DNA of 64,000 bases. It comes from a bacterium. Its GTDB lineage: Bacteria > SAR324 > NAC60-12. The notes under the pieces were generated by a model. The model was not told the DNA's origin. It ran no database searches and saw only the letters and a list, made by a program, of their open reading frames with translations. Both the position numbers and the translations under genes were made by a program. Below are positions 31,117 to 40,315 of this stretch, one piece after another. Numbering within the stretch: the first letter of the stretch is position 1; each line of letters starts with the position of its first letter. The stretch is from assembly GCA_965233585.1 (NCBI GenBank), contig CBDDTI010000747.1:832001-896000 (forward strand), read 5' to 3'.

Positions 31117-32232
31117 CTAGTGGTGAAACAATCGCAGTTTAGAAAACGTCATCGTCATCTGATATTGATTTGCCGCATCAATGACATCTTGGTCTCTCAA
31201 ACTGCCTCCGGGTTGTAAAACATACCGAACACCAAAACGTGAGGCTTGGTCTATGTTGTCCCGAAAGGGAAAAAAAGCATCAGAAGCCATAGAGACACCT
31301 TGTAATTTGGCAATCCATGTTTTCCTTGCCTCCTCATCAAAAGGAGCAGGTTCTTCTTTGAACAAAGCCAGCCACTGCTTGTATTCTAAAGGTGTCATGT
31401 CATTTGTGATGTACGAGCTAATGGCATTGATTTTTTCTATTTTGGTCACATGCTCTTTGAATGGCAATGCCTGCGTTTGAGGAGAGAGAGAAAGATGCCA
31501 CAACAACGCCTTTTGACCTGCTAGCTTGACGCACGCAATCCGACTTTGTTGACCTGCACCAATTCCAATCATTTGACCGCCAAGAGCATAGCCAACAGAA
31601 TTAGATTGAGTGTATTTTAAAGTGATTGCTGCAAGAAGTAAGTCACGTTTGGCAGAAGACCCCAATGTTTTTTGCTCGGTGACAATTTTTTCAAAGACAT
31701 TGCTTTCATGGAGTAGCAAATCATTGCGTCTTTGTAAAAACTGAATGCCAAAGACGTCTCGCATTTCTTCAAGAGGCGGTTGATAATTCTCATTTGCTTG
31801 GAGAATGAGATACCGACCATTTTTTTTGTTAGAAAGCATCTTTAGCGCATCAGCATCATAATCGGGGGCAATGATTCCATCAGAAACAACAGTTTTGACC
31901 AATTTTGCACATGCCAAATCCACTTTGCGACTCATGGCAATCATATCTCCAAACGAGGCACTTGGGTCTGCACTTCTTGCCTTCAAGTAAGCCTGTTTGA
32001 GAGTATCAGCCACAGCAGCACCTGCAGGGCTGACATGCTTGAATGATGTTGCCGCAGGTAAATCAAGAGCAAGGTCAAGTTCTCTGACAAGTTGCCACGC
32101 ATTGAGTGCATCAAGTAGATTGATGTAACCAGCAGAACCATTGAGAATTTGAAAAGGTGCTGGGTTTGGAATTTTTAACTTGGCAGGTGTCTGATGAGGA
32201 TTGCAACCATATTTAAGCAAAAGTTCTTCCAT
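31117..32232 (-). CDS. purH: AICAR transformylase (short PurH-like form without IMP cyclohydrolase domain)
   Basis: LKYGCNPHQ start, SFKHVSPAG, KYTQSNSV, GQQSRI, SDAFFPF, QPGGS. Confidence 0.85.
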   Translation of the reverse strand: MEELLLKYGCNPHQTPAKLKIPNPAPFQILNGSAGYINLLDALNAWQLVRELDLALDLPAATSFKHVSPAGAAVADTLKQAYLKARSADPSASFGDMIAMSRKVDLACAKLVKTVVSDGIIAPDYDADALKMLSNKKNGRYLILQANENYQPPLEEMRDVFGIQFLQRRNDLLLHESNVFEKIVTEQKTLGSSAKRDLLLAAITLKYTQSNSVGYALGGQMIGIGAGQQSRIACVKLAGQKALLWHLSLSPQTQALPFKEHVTKIEKINAISSYITNDMTPLEYKQWLALFKEEPAPFDEEARKTWIAKLQGVSMASDAFFPFRDNIDQASRFGVRYVLQPGGSLRDQDVIDAANQYQMTMTFSKLRLFHH

Positions 32233-32314
32233 GAGTTCATAGAGATTTTTTGTGAAAAGTAGAACAATATAGCATTGACCAATCAATAAATTCAATCACT
32301 TCCATTTTATCTGA

Positions 32315-33157
32315 ATGACCATGCAAACATTTTTAGACCAAATCCGTCAAGAAAAACAACCGCACCTTGAGCAACGTAAAAAACACGAGTCTCAATTATT
32401 CAAACTGATTGACACGACCGCCAAACCAATTTCTTTTGCAGATACCCTCATTCGCCCAAAGTCCTCCCCGCCTGCTGTCATTGCAGAGGTCAAGCCCAAG
32501 GCACCGGGAAGAGTCAATGCAGAAAATTTTGATGTAAAAGAGGTTGTTCAGAATTACGAGAAAGGCGGGGCTGCTGCGATGTCTGTCTTGACGGATAGCC
32601 TGTATTTTGGGGGAAGTCTTGAATTGCTTCAACAAGTGGCATCTCATAGCAAACTGCCATTACTTAATAAGGAATTTATTTTTGATGAATTTCAGCTACT
32701 GGAAGCACGAGCTTTTGGGGCGTCTGCCGTTTTAATCCTCACTCACTATTTCAATGAGCAAGAATTGGAAACCATCATCAAAGCTGCAACCAAACTAGAC
32801 TTAACACCGGTCGTTGAGTGTTCTATTCCTGAAGAGCTTCCGCGAGCTTTAGCAGTGAATCCTCAAGTTTTACTGGTCAATAACCGACCCATTTCAAAAA
32901 TCCCTGCCAACCCTGTCAAAACTTATCAACAAGGTTCTATCCAAACCAGCATAGAATGGTGGCAAAATTTTCCAAATCTTGCCAAGTGGAAGGAATCCTC
33001 ACCAGATAAAAGACTCATTAGTGCCAGTTGTATTGAAAACTCTGACGACGTTTCACAAATTGCCAAACTGCCCTATGATGCCATTTTGATTGGAAACTCT
33101 GCCATGACTGCACCCAATCCTATTGAATTTCTAAAAAATTTAATGTCTCCAATTTAA
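32315..33157 (+). CDS. trpC: Indole-3-glycerol phosphate synthase
   Basis: VIAEVK, SVLTD..YFGGS, KEFI, GASAVL, VNNR. Confidence 0.82.
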   Translation: MTMQTFLDQIRQEKQPHLEQRKKHESQLFKLIDTTAKPISFADTLIRPKSSPPAVIAEVKPKAPGRVNAENFDVKEVVQNYEKGGAAAMSVLTDSLYFGGSLELLQQVASHSKLPLLNKEFIFDEFQLLEARAFGASAVLILTHYFNEQELETIIKAATKLDLTPVVECSIPEELPRALAVNPQVLLVNNRPISKIPANPVKTYQQGSIQTSIEWWQNFPNLAKWKESSPDKRLISASCIENSDDVSQIAKLPYDAILIGNSAMTAPNPIEFLKNLMSPI

Positions 33158-33163
33158 AACACC

Positions 33164-33192
33164 TTGATTTTTAAATATGACTCAAGTAGAAT
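33164..33192 (+). promoter_or_regulatory. Putative sigma-70 promoter of the Cas12 gene
   Basis: TTGATT (33164-33169)-N17-TAGAAT (33187-33192). Confidence 0.5.
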
Positions 33193-33216
33193 TTTGACCT
33201 TTTTTTCGCTCCTTTT

Positions 33217-36200
33217 ATGACATACACGATGGACAATTCAAACAAGAATAATTCAGACAAAATTTGGCAATACACAAAAGGCATTCGCTTCAAAGCAGAA
33301 TCCCAAGGAGAGATCCAAAACTCTCATTTAAAGCATCAACAAGGAGGTAAAGCAGACATTGCAGAGTTTGCACAAGACAGTCAGCAATTTGTTAAAGACT
33401 TCAAAACCTTTATTTTTTATAAAAACGAAAAGACTGGTCAACAGGGATTAGTCAGCAAGATTGACATCAACAAAAGCTGGTTGAAATTATTTTGCGGACA
33501 GAATTTTTATGAAAAAACACGCCATTCAGGAAAAGGCAAAGGAAGTGGCTACTCCCTCAAAGACGTTTCTTTTTTACAAGAAAAGTTAAATGAGTGGATT
33601 AAAGACTGGAGTAAAGCAGTCAAGACTTTGAGCGATTTGAATGACAAGCCTGATGAATCACAAAACAGACGTTCAGACATGGCGTTGCAGATTCAAATGC
33701 TCAAAAGCCATCGCATGCTTAACTTCATGAGTCAGTTTTTAGAAAGCATCAATCACAAAGAAGAGCAACAGTCACTCAATCAACTCAAAGACCGATTTTC
33801 AAAGATTGAAGAAGCAGTCAAAGCACTGGAACAAGAGTTTTTACCTTCTCAAGGGGCAGGGGTGCTTGTCGCACGTGCAAGCATGAACTATTACACCGTC
33901 AGTAAAAAACCAAAAGAGTATAAAAAATATCAAGAAGACCTAGAAAACCAATTAGAAGGAAAAACTTATGCGATAAAAAAAGAACAAGACGGATATGCTT
34001 GGTATGACAAAGGAAAGAAGTTTTTCACTTTCAAAAGCAAACAAGAAAAAGAATGGTTAAGAAGAAGTTTATCTGGAATCAACGGAAGCCTTAAAGATGA
34101 AACAAAGCTCACTATTCAAGAAACTTATGAAATGATGAAAGAATTTAAAGCTGAGCAGAAAGCGGTCTTTTATGAAATCATCAGGAAAATTGCTAACAAT
34201 GAACGTTCTGAATATGAAATTAAAAATGAAAACTTTCTGTTAAAAGGTTTTAAAATTCCTGCTACTGATTTTAAAGATTGGGAGGCTTTAAACAAAACTT
34301 TTTCATTGTTTCAATTCAAAAATGAAGAAGATTATAAAAAGTTTACAGATTTAGATAAAGAAATCCAAAGGCTCGCAACCAAGAAAAACCAAAGTGGAAA
34401 TCCAGATGAAAAGAAACGTCTAGCTTCTCAAATTACTAAGAAAAAGAAAGAAAAAGGGAAATACCTTTTTGGAAAAAATTGTTATTTCAAAGTCTATGGT
34501 GAATTTTGTGAATCTTTCAAAACGATTGCTATGAAATTGGGAAAGCTGAAAGCACAAATCAAAGGGATTGAAAAAGAACGTCTAGAAGCGGTGAATACTC
34601 AATTTTGGTCTTTGATTTTTGAAGAAATAAAACAAGAGAAAACAGAACGTTTTTTGTGGCTCATTCCCAAAGAAACAGCCGATTTCCAAGAAGCTAAAAA
34701 GTTTCTGGATAATCTTGAAGGAGACAAAGTACAAAATCCAATAGGTCATGTTCGTTATTTTAAATCTTTGACCATGAGGGCATTACATAAACTTTGTTTT
34801 GCTGAAGAGTCAACTTTTGTCAAAGACATGCAAAAAGAAGATCGTTCTCTTCATTCCATGTTTAAAGCTGCTAAAGAGTTTAAAACCGATGGAGATAAGC
34901 AAAAATTAGAACAGAGACGCGAAAAAGAATTAAAGGCTTTGCAAGCCGTTTTAAAATCCAACTATGCTCAAAAGCATTTAGATTTAGAAGATTTTGATTT
35001 GTCAAAAGTTACCTTAGATGAGTTTGAAATTGAACTAGAAAAGGCTTGTTATGTGGTCAAAAAGATTCCTTTTAATGAGCAAAACAAAAGTTATTTTTTA
35101 AAAGAATTTGATGTTTCAGTCTTTAAACTGACTTCTTACGATTTGGAAGGAAAGAATAAAACCAGTCAAGAACGTGCTCACACTAGACTTTGGAGAAAGT
35201 TCTGGGAGAAAGGAGAAGCTGAAAAAATTAGGCTGAACCCTGAAATACAAATCAGATTCAGAAAGGCAGATGATGGAATCAAGGCATTTTTGCAAAAAAA
35301 TAAATTTGACCTGAAAAAAGACGAATTTCATCACCGCAGATTACAAGACCAATACACTGCTCACTTGACTTTTGCCCTCAATGCAGGAGCAAAACACCCT
35401 GAACTTGCCTTTATGAAACCTGAAGAATTGCGAAAAAAAATCAATGACTTCAATGACGATTTTAACAAACGACAAGACTTTGAGGATTTATGGAAGTTTG
35501 GCATTGACAGAGGAAACATAGAATTAGCAACACTTTGCATTGCCAAGTTCAAAAAAGAAGAAATTTATCAATACAAAGACAAAAAGTTTCCTAAACCGAC
35601 TTTTCCAGTGGGAGAAGAAGAAATCAAATGTTTAGAATTGAAACCAGAATACTTAACGCATCGTGAAAAAGCCAAACCAACTGATGAAAGAGAAAAAGAA
35701 GTGATTGCTAATTTGTCTTATTTCATGGACAGGAAAGATTGGTTTGAAGAAAAAAGTTGCACGTGCATTGACCTCACCACTGCTAAAGTCATCAAGGGGC
35801 AAATTGTTTTAAACGGAGACATTCGCACTTACCTTAAACTCAAAAAGGAAAATGCCAAACGTAAAATCTATGACCTTTTTCATGCAGGAAAAATTGAACC
35901 TGATGAGATTTTGCATTGGATTGAAACAGAAGAAAGTGATGGTTTGCTTGTGCCAAGTTCTATTCAAGATGAAAACGTTCTGAAACAACAAGAAAAACCA
36001 GAAAACTATGGACTTTATTTTCATAGTGATAAGTTTGAAACCATTCTTGCCAAAGAAGCAGATGAGTGTTTTGCAGACCATGGCAAGGAGTTTTTTGACT
36101 CTGAAAAATTGACAAAAGATGAGCAACAATTTTTTGGTTGTGATTTTGAAAAAATGACGACGGAACAAAAAGCCAAATACCGCATCAGGCAAAATTTGGA

Positions 36201-37116
36201 ATACTATCTTGATGAATTAAGAAAACTCAAAGATTCTCGTGAAGGTGACAAATCCAAAAGTCAAGAAGCACGCAAAGCTAATGAACACACACCAACTATT
36301 GACAAGCTCAATGCTCTTCGGGATTCCATCACTGCCAATATGATTGGTGTCATTTTTCATCTGCAAAAACAATATCCGGGAATTGTCATTTTGGAAGATT
36401 TGAACAAAGGAACTTTAGACAGGCATTTCAATGAACATAATGAAAATATTTCACGCCGTTTGGAAATGAAGCTTTATCAAAAATTCCAAACCCTTGGTCA
36501 AGTTCCTCCTCATTTGAAAGATGTTATTGAAATTAGGGAAGCCGTGAGAGAGGAATACAGATCCAAAATAGAAAAAAAACCTAAAGACTATCAAGAATTG
36601 AGTAAACGTAAACAAGGGAAAACTGATAGAGAAATAAAAAAGACTTTAGGGGAATTTACTATGCAACTGGGAGCGATTGTCTTTACCAGTGAGTTTGAAA
36701 CAAGCGGGAAATGTCCCTATTGTGAGAATCCATGGGTTTGGGATAAAAACAACAATGAAGAAGGATTAACTATAAAAAAGTTAAAATTTCAACAACAGCG
36801 TTATCTTTGTGGCAAACATAAAAAAATGTGTGGTTTTGACACCAAAAAACTCAATTCTTCTGACATGCTTGCTGAAATCAATGACCCTGATAAAGTGGCA
36901 GCATACAATGTGGCAAAGAAAATTCAAAAACCTAAGGATATTCAGAAATTGCCAGAACCAAAGATTAAAAAAGAAGAAGGAACAAACGGAGGCAACGATT
37001 CACCTAAAAAAACAAACAACCATCAACAACCATCTTCAAAATCTCAAAAAAAGAAGGAGGAGAAGCCTATCAATCCAGATTCTCCATTTGCAGCCATGAA
37101 AGATTTGGTCAAATAA
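33217..37116 (+). CDS. Type V CRISPR effector nuclease, Cas12a-related Cms1/Cas12a2-Cas12a3 lineage (Sm-like clade)
   Basis: N-terminal YTKGIRFK; RuvC-I FGIDRG (D764); RuvC-II ILEDL (E1060); Zn ribbon CPYC...C..C; RuvC-III NDPDKVAAYNVAK (D1225); Cms1-type motifs ASMNYYT, GKLKAQIKGIEKER, RLNPEI, ELATL, DLTTAKVI, ANMIGVI. Confidence 0.9.
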   Translation: MTYTMDNSNKNNSDKIWQYTKGIRFKAESQGEIQNSHLKHQQGGKADIAEFAQDSQQFVKDFKTFIFYKNEKTGQQGLVSKIDINKSWLKLFCGQNFYEKTRHSGKGKGSGYSLKDVSFLQEKLNEWIKDWSKAVKTLSDLNDKPDESQNRRSDMALQIQMLKSHRMLNFMSQFLESINHKEEQQSLNQLKDRFSKIEEAVKALEQEFLPSQGAGVLVARASMNYYTVSKKPKEYKKYQEDLENQLEGKTYAIKKEQDGYAWYDKGKKFFTFKSKQEKEWLRRSLSGINGSLKDETKLTIQETYEMMKEFKAEQKAVFYEIIRKIANNERSEYEIKNENFLLKGFKIPATDFKDWEALNKTFSLFQFKNEEDYKKFTDLDKEIQRLATKKNQSGNPDEKKRLASQITKKKKEKGKYLFGKNCYFKVYGEFCESFKTIAMKLGKLKAQIKGIEKERLEAVNTQFWSLIFEEIKQEKTERFLWLIPKETADFQEAKKFLDNLEGDKVQNPIGHVRYFKSLTMRALHKLCFAEESTFVKDMQKEDRSLHSMFKAAKEFKTDGDKQKLEQRREKELKALQAVLKSNYAQKHLDLEDFDLSKVTLDEFEIELEKACYVVKKIPFNEQNKSYFLKEFDVSVFKLTSYDLEGKNKTSQERAHTRLWRKFWEKGEAEKIRLNPEIQIRFRKADDGIKAFLQKNKFDLKKDEFHHRRLQDQYTAHLTFALNAGAKHPELAFMKPEELRKKINDFNDDFNKRQDFEDLWKFGIDRGNIELATLCIAKFKKEEIYQYKDKKFPKPTFPVGEEEIKCLELKPEYLTHREKAKPTDEREKEVIANLSYFMDRKDWFEEKSCTCIDLTTAKVIKGQIVLNGDIRTYLKLKKENAKRKIYDLFHAGKIEPDEILHWIETEESDGLLVPSSIQDENVLKQQEKPENYGLYFHSDKFETILAKEADECFADHGKEFFDSEKLTKDEQQFFGCDFEKMTTEQKAKYRIRQNLEYYLDELRKLKDSREGDKSKSQEARKANEHTPTIDKLNALRDSITANMIGVIFHLQKQYPGIVILEDLNKGTLDRHFNEHNENISRRLEMKLYQKFQTLGQVPPHLKDVIEIREAVREEYRSKIEKKPKDYQELSKRKQGKTDREIKKTLGEFTMQLGAIVFTSEFETSGKCPYCENPWVWDKNNNEEGLTIKKLKFQQQRYLCGKHKKMCGFDTKKLNSSDMLAEINDPDKVAAYNVAKKIQKPKDIQKLPEPKIKKEEGTNGGNDSPKKTNNHQQPSSKSQKKKEEKPINPDSPFAAMKDLVK

Positions 37117-37173
37117 CTAGCCTATCTTTAGTATTGTCAACATGTTTGGTAAATTTGAAAAAATGAAAAAACT

Positions 37174-39237
37174 ATGAATACTTATTACATCTACATTGAT
37201 GAAAGTGGGAGTTTTGAAAAGTCAAAAGATCATTCATTTGTTGGCGGTTTTATCACTCAAATTGCTCCAGAAAGTTTGTTTCAAAAGATGCAAGAGACTT
37301 TGCAAAGTTTTCAAAATCGGTACGGTGAAGTTTTAGGTTTAGATGACCTTCATGCCGCTGAACTTTTACACCCTGAAAAATTTTATAAAGAACCATTGAA
37401 TGAAAAGCAAAAGGAGAAACAAATTAAATACACAGGTATTGATTGGAAAATCAGAAAAGAATTTATTCAATCGTTTCAAAAACTTGTAGAAGATGTATCT
37501 CTTTGTTTCATCAAAAGTAAAAACGAACAGTTTCAATTTGGAGGAGAAGATCAGCAAAGTCGTTATGGAAATTGTTTGGGAGCTTGGTTGCAAAAAGCGA
37601 TTGAGGTTTTAGATGAAAAGGAACAAGGCAATCAGTTTCAAATAGAATTTGCAATCGCAAGAAGACATCAAGGTTGCTTGCCTGATGGGAGAAATCACAA
37701 AACTTATCATCAAAGAATGGATGACTACTTCCAACAACTCATCAAAGAACACTCTAACATTGAGAATAAAAAACAATTTATACTGAACATTAAAAATTTA
37801 CTTAAATTGTCAGATGTGGCATGCTTTATTCTGAGAGATGACAGCTGTCTTAACATTTCTAACTCATCTCATGTTTATCAAACGAAACCTAATGAGGTTT
37901 CTAACAATAGTTACCAAAATTTTCGTAAAAAACAACAAGATGATTTGGTCAAGACAGGAGAAATTGCAACAGCATATCGTCATGCTTTGAATGAACAAGA
38001 AAAAGGTAAAATTTTTGAAAAACTTTCTCAAATTGACCAAAAATCACAAGCAACGCAGCTTCGTTATTTTTTAGACTTATCTTATGGGTTGGTAGAACGT
38101 AGAACTTCTGAAAAAAATGCTTTAACGCAAGCAAAAGAGATTTTTGAGAAAATCTTAAAGACTTTTCAAAATTCAGAGAATGAAGACATTCAAAGAATTG
38201 TCAAAGGTGCAGTCAATGGTTTGATTTTATGTGCAAATCATTCAGGGGAGGTTGTCCAGCAAATTGATTTGACAGAACAGGCACAAAAGATCATTCAAAA
38301 TCAAAAAACTTTACCTGCTCCAGTACGCTATGCAGAAATTTTAGAAATTCGTAATCGTGCTTGGAATGACCAATTTAATGACTATTTGTTTGATGACATT
38401 ATTGAAGGTTTTGAGAATGAAGTTGAACGTTATGAAACATTCATACAGACTGCCAAAGAGCAAGGTGTTCTGCCAAAAAATGAAAAAGACCATTTGTTGC
38501 ACAAACTCTTTGGAACTTTAGGGCAGGCTTATGCTTTTCTTTCTGCTCAAGACTTAGATTACTTTGAAGGAGCTGTTCAATATTTTGAAAAATCTTTGCA
38601 ATCTTTTGAGGCAGACCTCAATGATTTACGAACACCGATTTTCTTTGCAACATTGTATTGGTATCACAAAAAATTTAAAGAAGCTCAACAAATTTTAAGA
38701 GATTATGGGATTGTTTCTTCCTCTCAAACTTTGACACAAAGTTTATTTAAAACGTTAGAAAAATCAGATAAAAACCAAGCATTTTGTCTTTCTATTTTGT
38801 TACGTTTGATTATAGAAAAGAATTTAATAGATTTGGATTCGTTAGAAAAAATAAATCATCAAATAGAAAATCTTTTTAAAGAAACTCATCCGTTTGAATT
38901 GATTTATAAATGGTTGGGAATTGCTTATTTCAATCTAAAAAAACAAGAAAAAGCTATCAAATGTTTTGATAAAGCTCTTAAGATAAAAGACGGCTTAACG
39001 ATGCAAACGATTAACCTTTCTACTCATGCTTTAAAAATCATCGCTTGCCAACAACTCAACTATGACTTTCAAAAAGAGTTGGAGAGTTTTAAAGAATCCT
39101 TACATCAAGTCACCACAGACTCACTAGGTTTTAAAATTTACATTGAAGACAGAGGAGGTCAAGAATCTTTGATGCAGGAAGTTGAGGGTCAAGAGATTGA
39201 AAACGTGAACAGATGGCTACCTTTTACTTATGCTTAA
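37174..39237 (+). CDS. RNase H-like (DUF3800-like) N-terminal domain fused to TPR/helical repeats
   Basis: YIYIDESG, FVGGF, LHAAE, LKLSD; TPR motifs LGQAYAF...YFEKSL and LGIAYFNLKKQEKAIKCFDKAL. Confidence 0.7.
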   Translation: MNTYYIYIDESGSFEKSKDHSFVGGFITQIAPESLFQKMQETLQSFQNRYGEVLGLDDLHAAELLHPEKFYKEPLNEKQKEKQIKYTGIDWKIRKEFIQSFQKLVEDVSLCFIKSKNEQFQFGGEDQQSRYGNCLGAWLQKAIEVLDEKEQGNQFQIEFAIARRHQGCLPDGRNHKTYHQRMDDYFQQLIKEHSNIENKKQFILNIKNLLKLSDVACFILRDDSCLNISNSSHVYQTKPNEVSNNSYQNFRKKQQDDLVKTGEIATAYRHALNEQEKGKIFEKLSQIDQKSQATQLRYFLDLSYGLVERRTSEKNALTQAKEIFEKILKTFQNSENEDIQRIVKGAVNGLILCANHSGEVVQQIDLTEQAQKIIQNQKTLPAPVRYAEILEIRNRAWNDQFNDYLFDDIIEGFENEVERYETFIQTAKEQGVLPKNEKDHLLHKLFGTLGQAYAFLSAQDLDYFEGAVQYFEKSLQSFEADLNDLRTPIFFATLYWYHKKFKEAQQILRDYGIVSSSQTLTQSLFKTLEKSDKNQAFCLSILLRLIIEKNLIDLDSLEKINHQIENLFKETHPFELIYKWLGIAYFNLKKQEKAIKCFDKALKIKDGLTMQTINLSTHALKIIACQQLNYDFQKELESFKESLHQVTTDSLGFKIYIEDRGGQESLMQEVEGQEIENVNRWLPFTYA

Positions 39238-39246
39238 AATTAAAAA

Positions 39247-40245
39247 ATGCTCGGTTTAGCCATTGATACAACATTTGATGATACTTCTGTTGCGGTCTTG
39301 CAAGATGAGCGGAAGTTATTGGCTAACTTGACACTTTCACAATATCAAGACCATGCAGAGTTTGGGGGAGTCGTCCCAGAACGTGCTTCTCGGAAGCATG
39401 TAGAGGTCATTCACAAGCTCATTGCTGTTGCGCTGCAGGAGTCTCAAATCACAGCACGTCAGTTGGATTATGTGGCGGTGTCTCATTGTCCGGGTTTGAT
39501 TGGTGCAATTTTAGTTGGTGTTTCTGTGGCAAAGGCGATGTCATACTCGCTTCAAATCCCATTGATTGGAGTCAATCACGTTCAGGCGCACCCCTACGCC
39601 AACGTTCTTGTGCATGGCAAATTACCTCACCCAATCGTTCATTTGGTCGTTGCAGGAGGACATACTTTGTTGTTTCATTCCAAGCAAGATATTGAGTTTC
39701 ATGTCATTGGTCAAAGCCGAGACGATGCAGCAGGTGAATGCGTGGATAAAGTCGCTAAAATGTTTGGCTACCCTATGCCCGGTGGTAAAATCGTTGACCA
39801 ATTTGCCATGAATTTTTCTGATGAAACGTATCACTTTCCCCGCCCGATGATAGACACGCCTGATGCTCATTTTTCATTTAGCGGTCTCAAAACAGCCATG
39901 CTTCGCTTTCGTCAGCAGAATCACTCTATTTTGAAAGAACAAGAAGGATTGATTTTGTCTAGCTTTTTCAGAAGTATTGCTGACGTTCTGATTGCCAAAA
40001 CGTTTCGTGCTTGTCGGAGATTGAACGTTCACAATCTTTCTGTCTCAGGAGGATTGGCAGCAAGCCAACGTCTAAAGTTTCTTTTTGAAGAGGAAGCAAA
40101 GAGGAGAAAAATCAATCTATTCTATCCTCCTGCAAAACTCTGCACAGACAATGCGGGCATGGTTGCATGTCTTGGTGCAAAATTGTTTCAGGCAGGTAAG
40201 ATAGCGTCAGCTGACCTAAAAGTGGAGGCTAATTTGGTGAGTTGA
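39247..40245 (+). CDS. tsaD: tRNA N6-threonylcarbamoyladenosine (t6A) transferase
   Basis: GGVVPERASRKH, NHVQAH, GGHT, DDAAGE, FSFSGLKT, CTDNAGM. Confidence 0.93.
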   Translation: MLGLAIDTTFDDTSVAVLQDERKLLANLTLSQYQDHAEFGGVVPERASRKHVEVIHKLIAVALQESQITARQLDYVAVSHCPGLIGAILVGVSVAKAMSYSLQIPLIGVNHVQAHPYANVLVHGKLPHPIVHLVVAGGHTLLFHSKQDIEFHVIGQSRDDAAGECVDKVAKMFGYPMPGGKIVDQFAMNFSDETYHFPRPMIDTPDAHFSFSGLKTAMLRFRQQNHSILKEQEGLILSSFFRSIADVLIAKTFRACRRLNVHNLSVSGGLAASQRLKFLFEEEAKRRKINLFYPPAKLCTDNAGMVACLGAKLFQAGKIASADLKVEANLVS

Positions 40246-40315
40246 TTCATTGACTTCCCACTCATAAATTGTTAAAAATAGTAAACTTGAATCCACTTGA
40301 ACAAATCTAAACCTT

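Noticed and set aside
33217..37116. TnpB/IS605 transposon nuclease
   Set aside because: Far too long, carries Cas12a/Cms1-type motifs, and has no TnpA or IS ends
37117..37173. Guide or tracr-like RNA between Cas12 and the partner gene
   Set aside because: Only 57 bp, with no repeat handle or convincing hairpin
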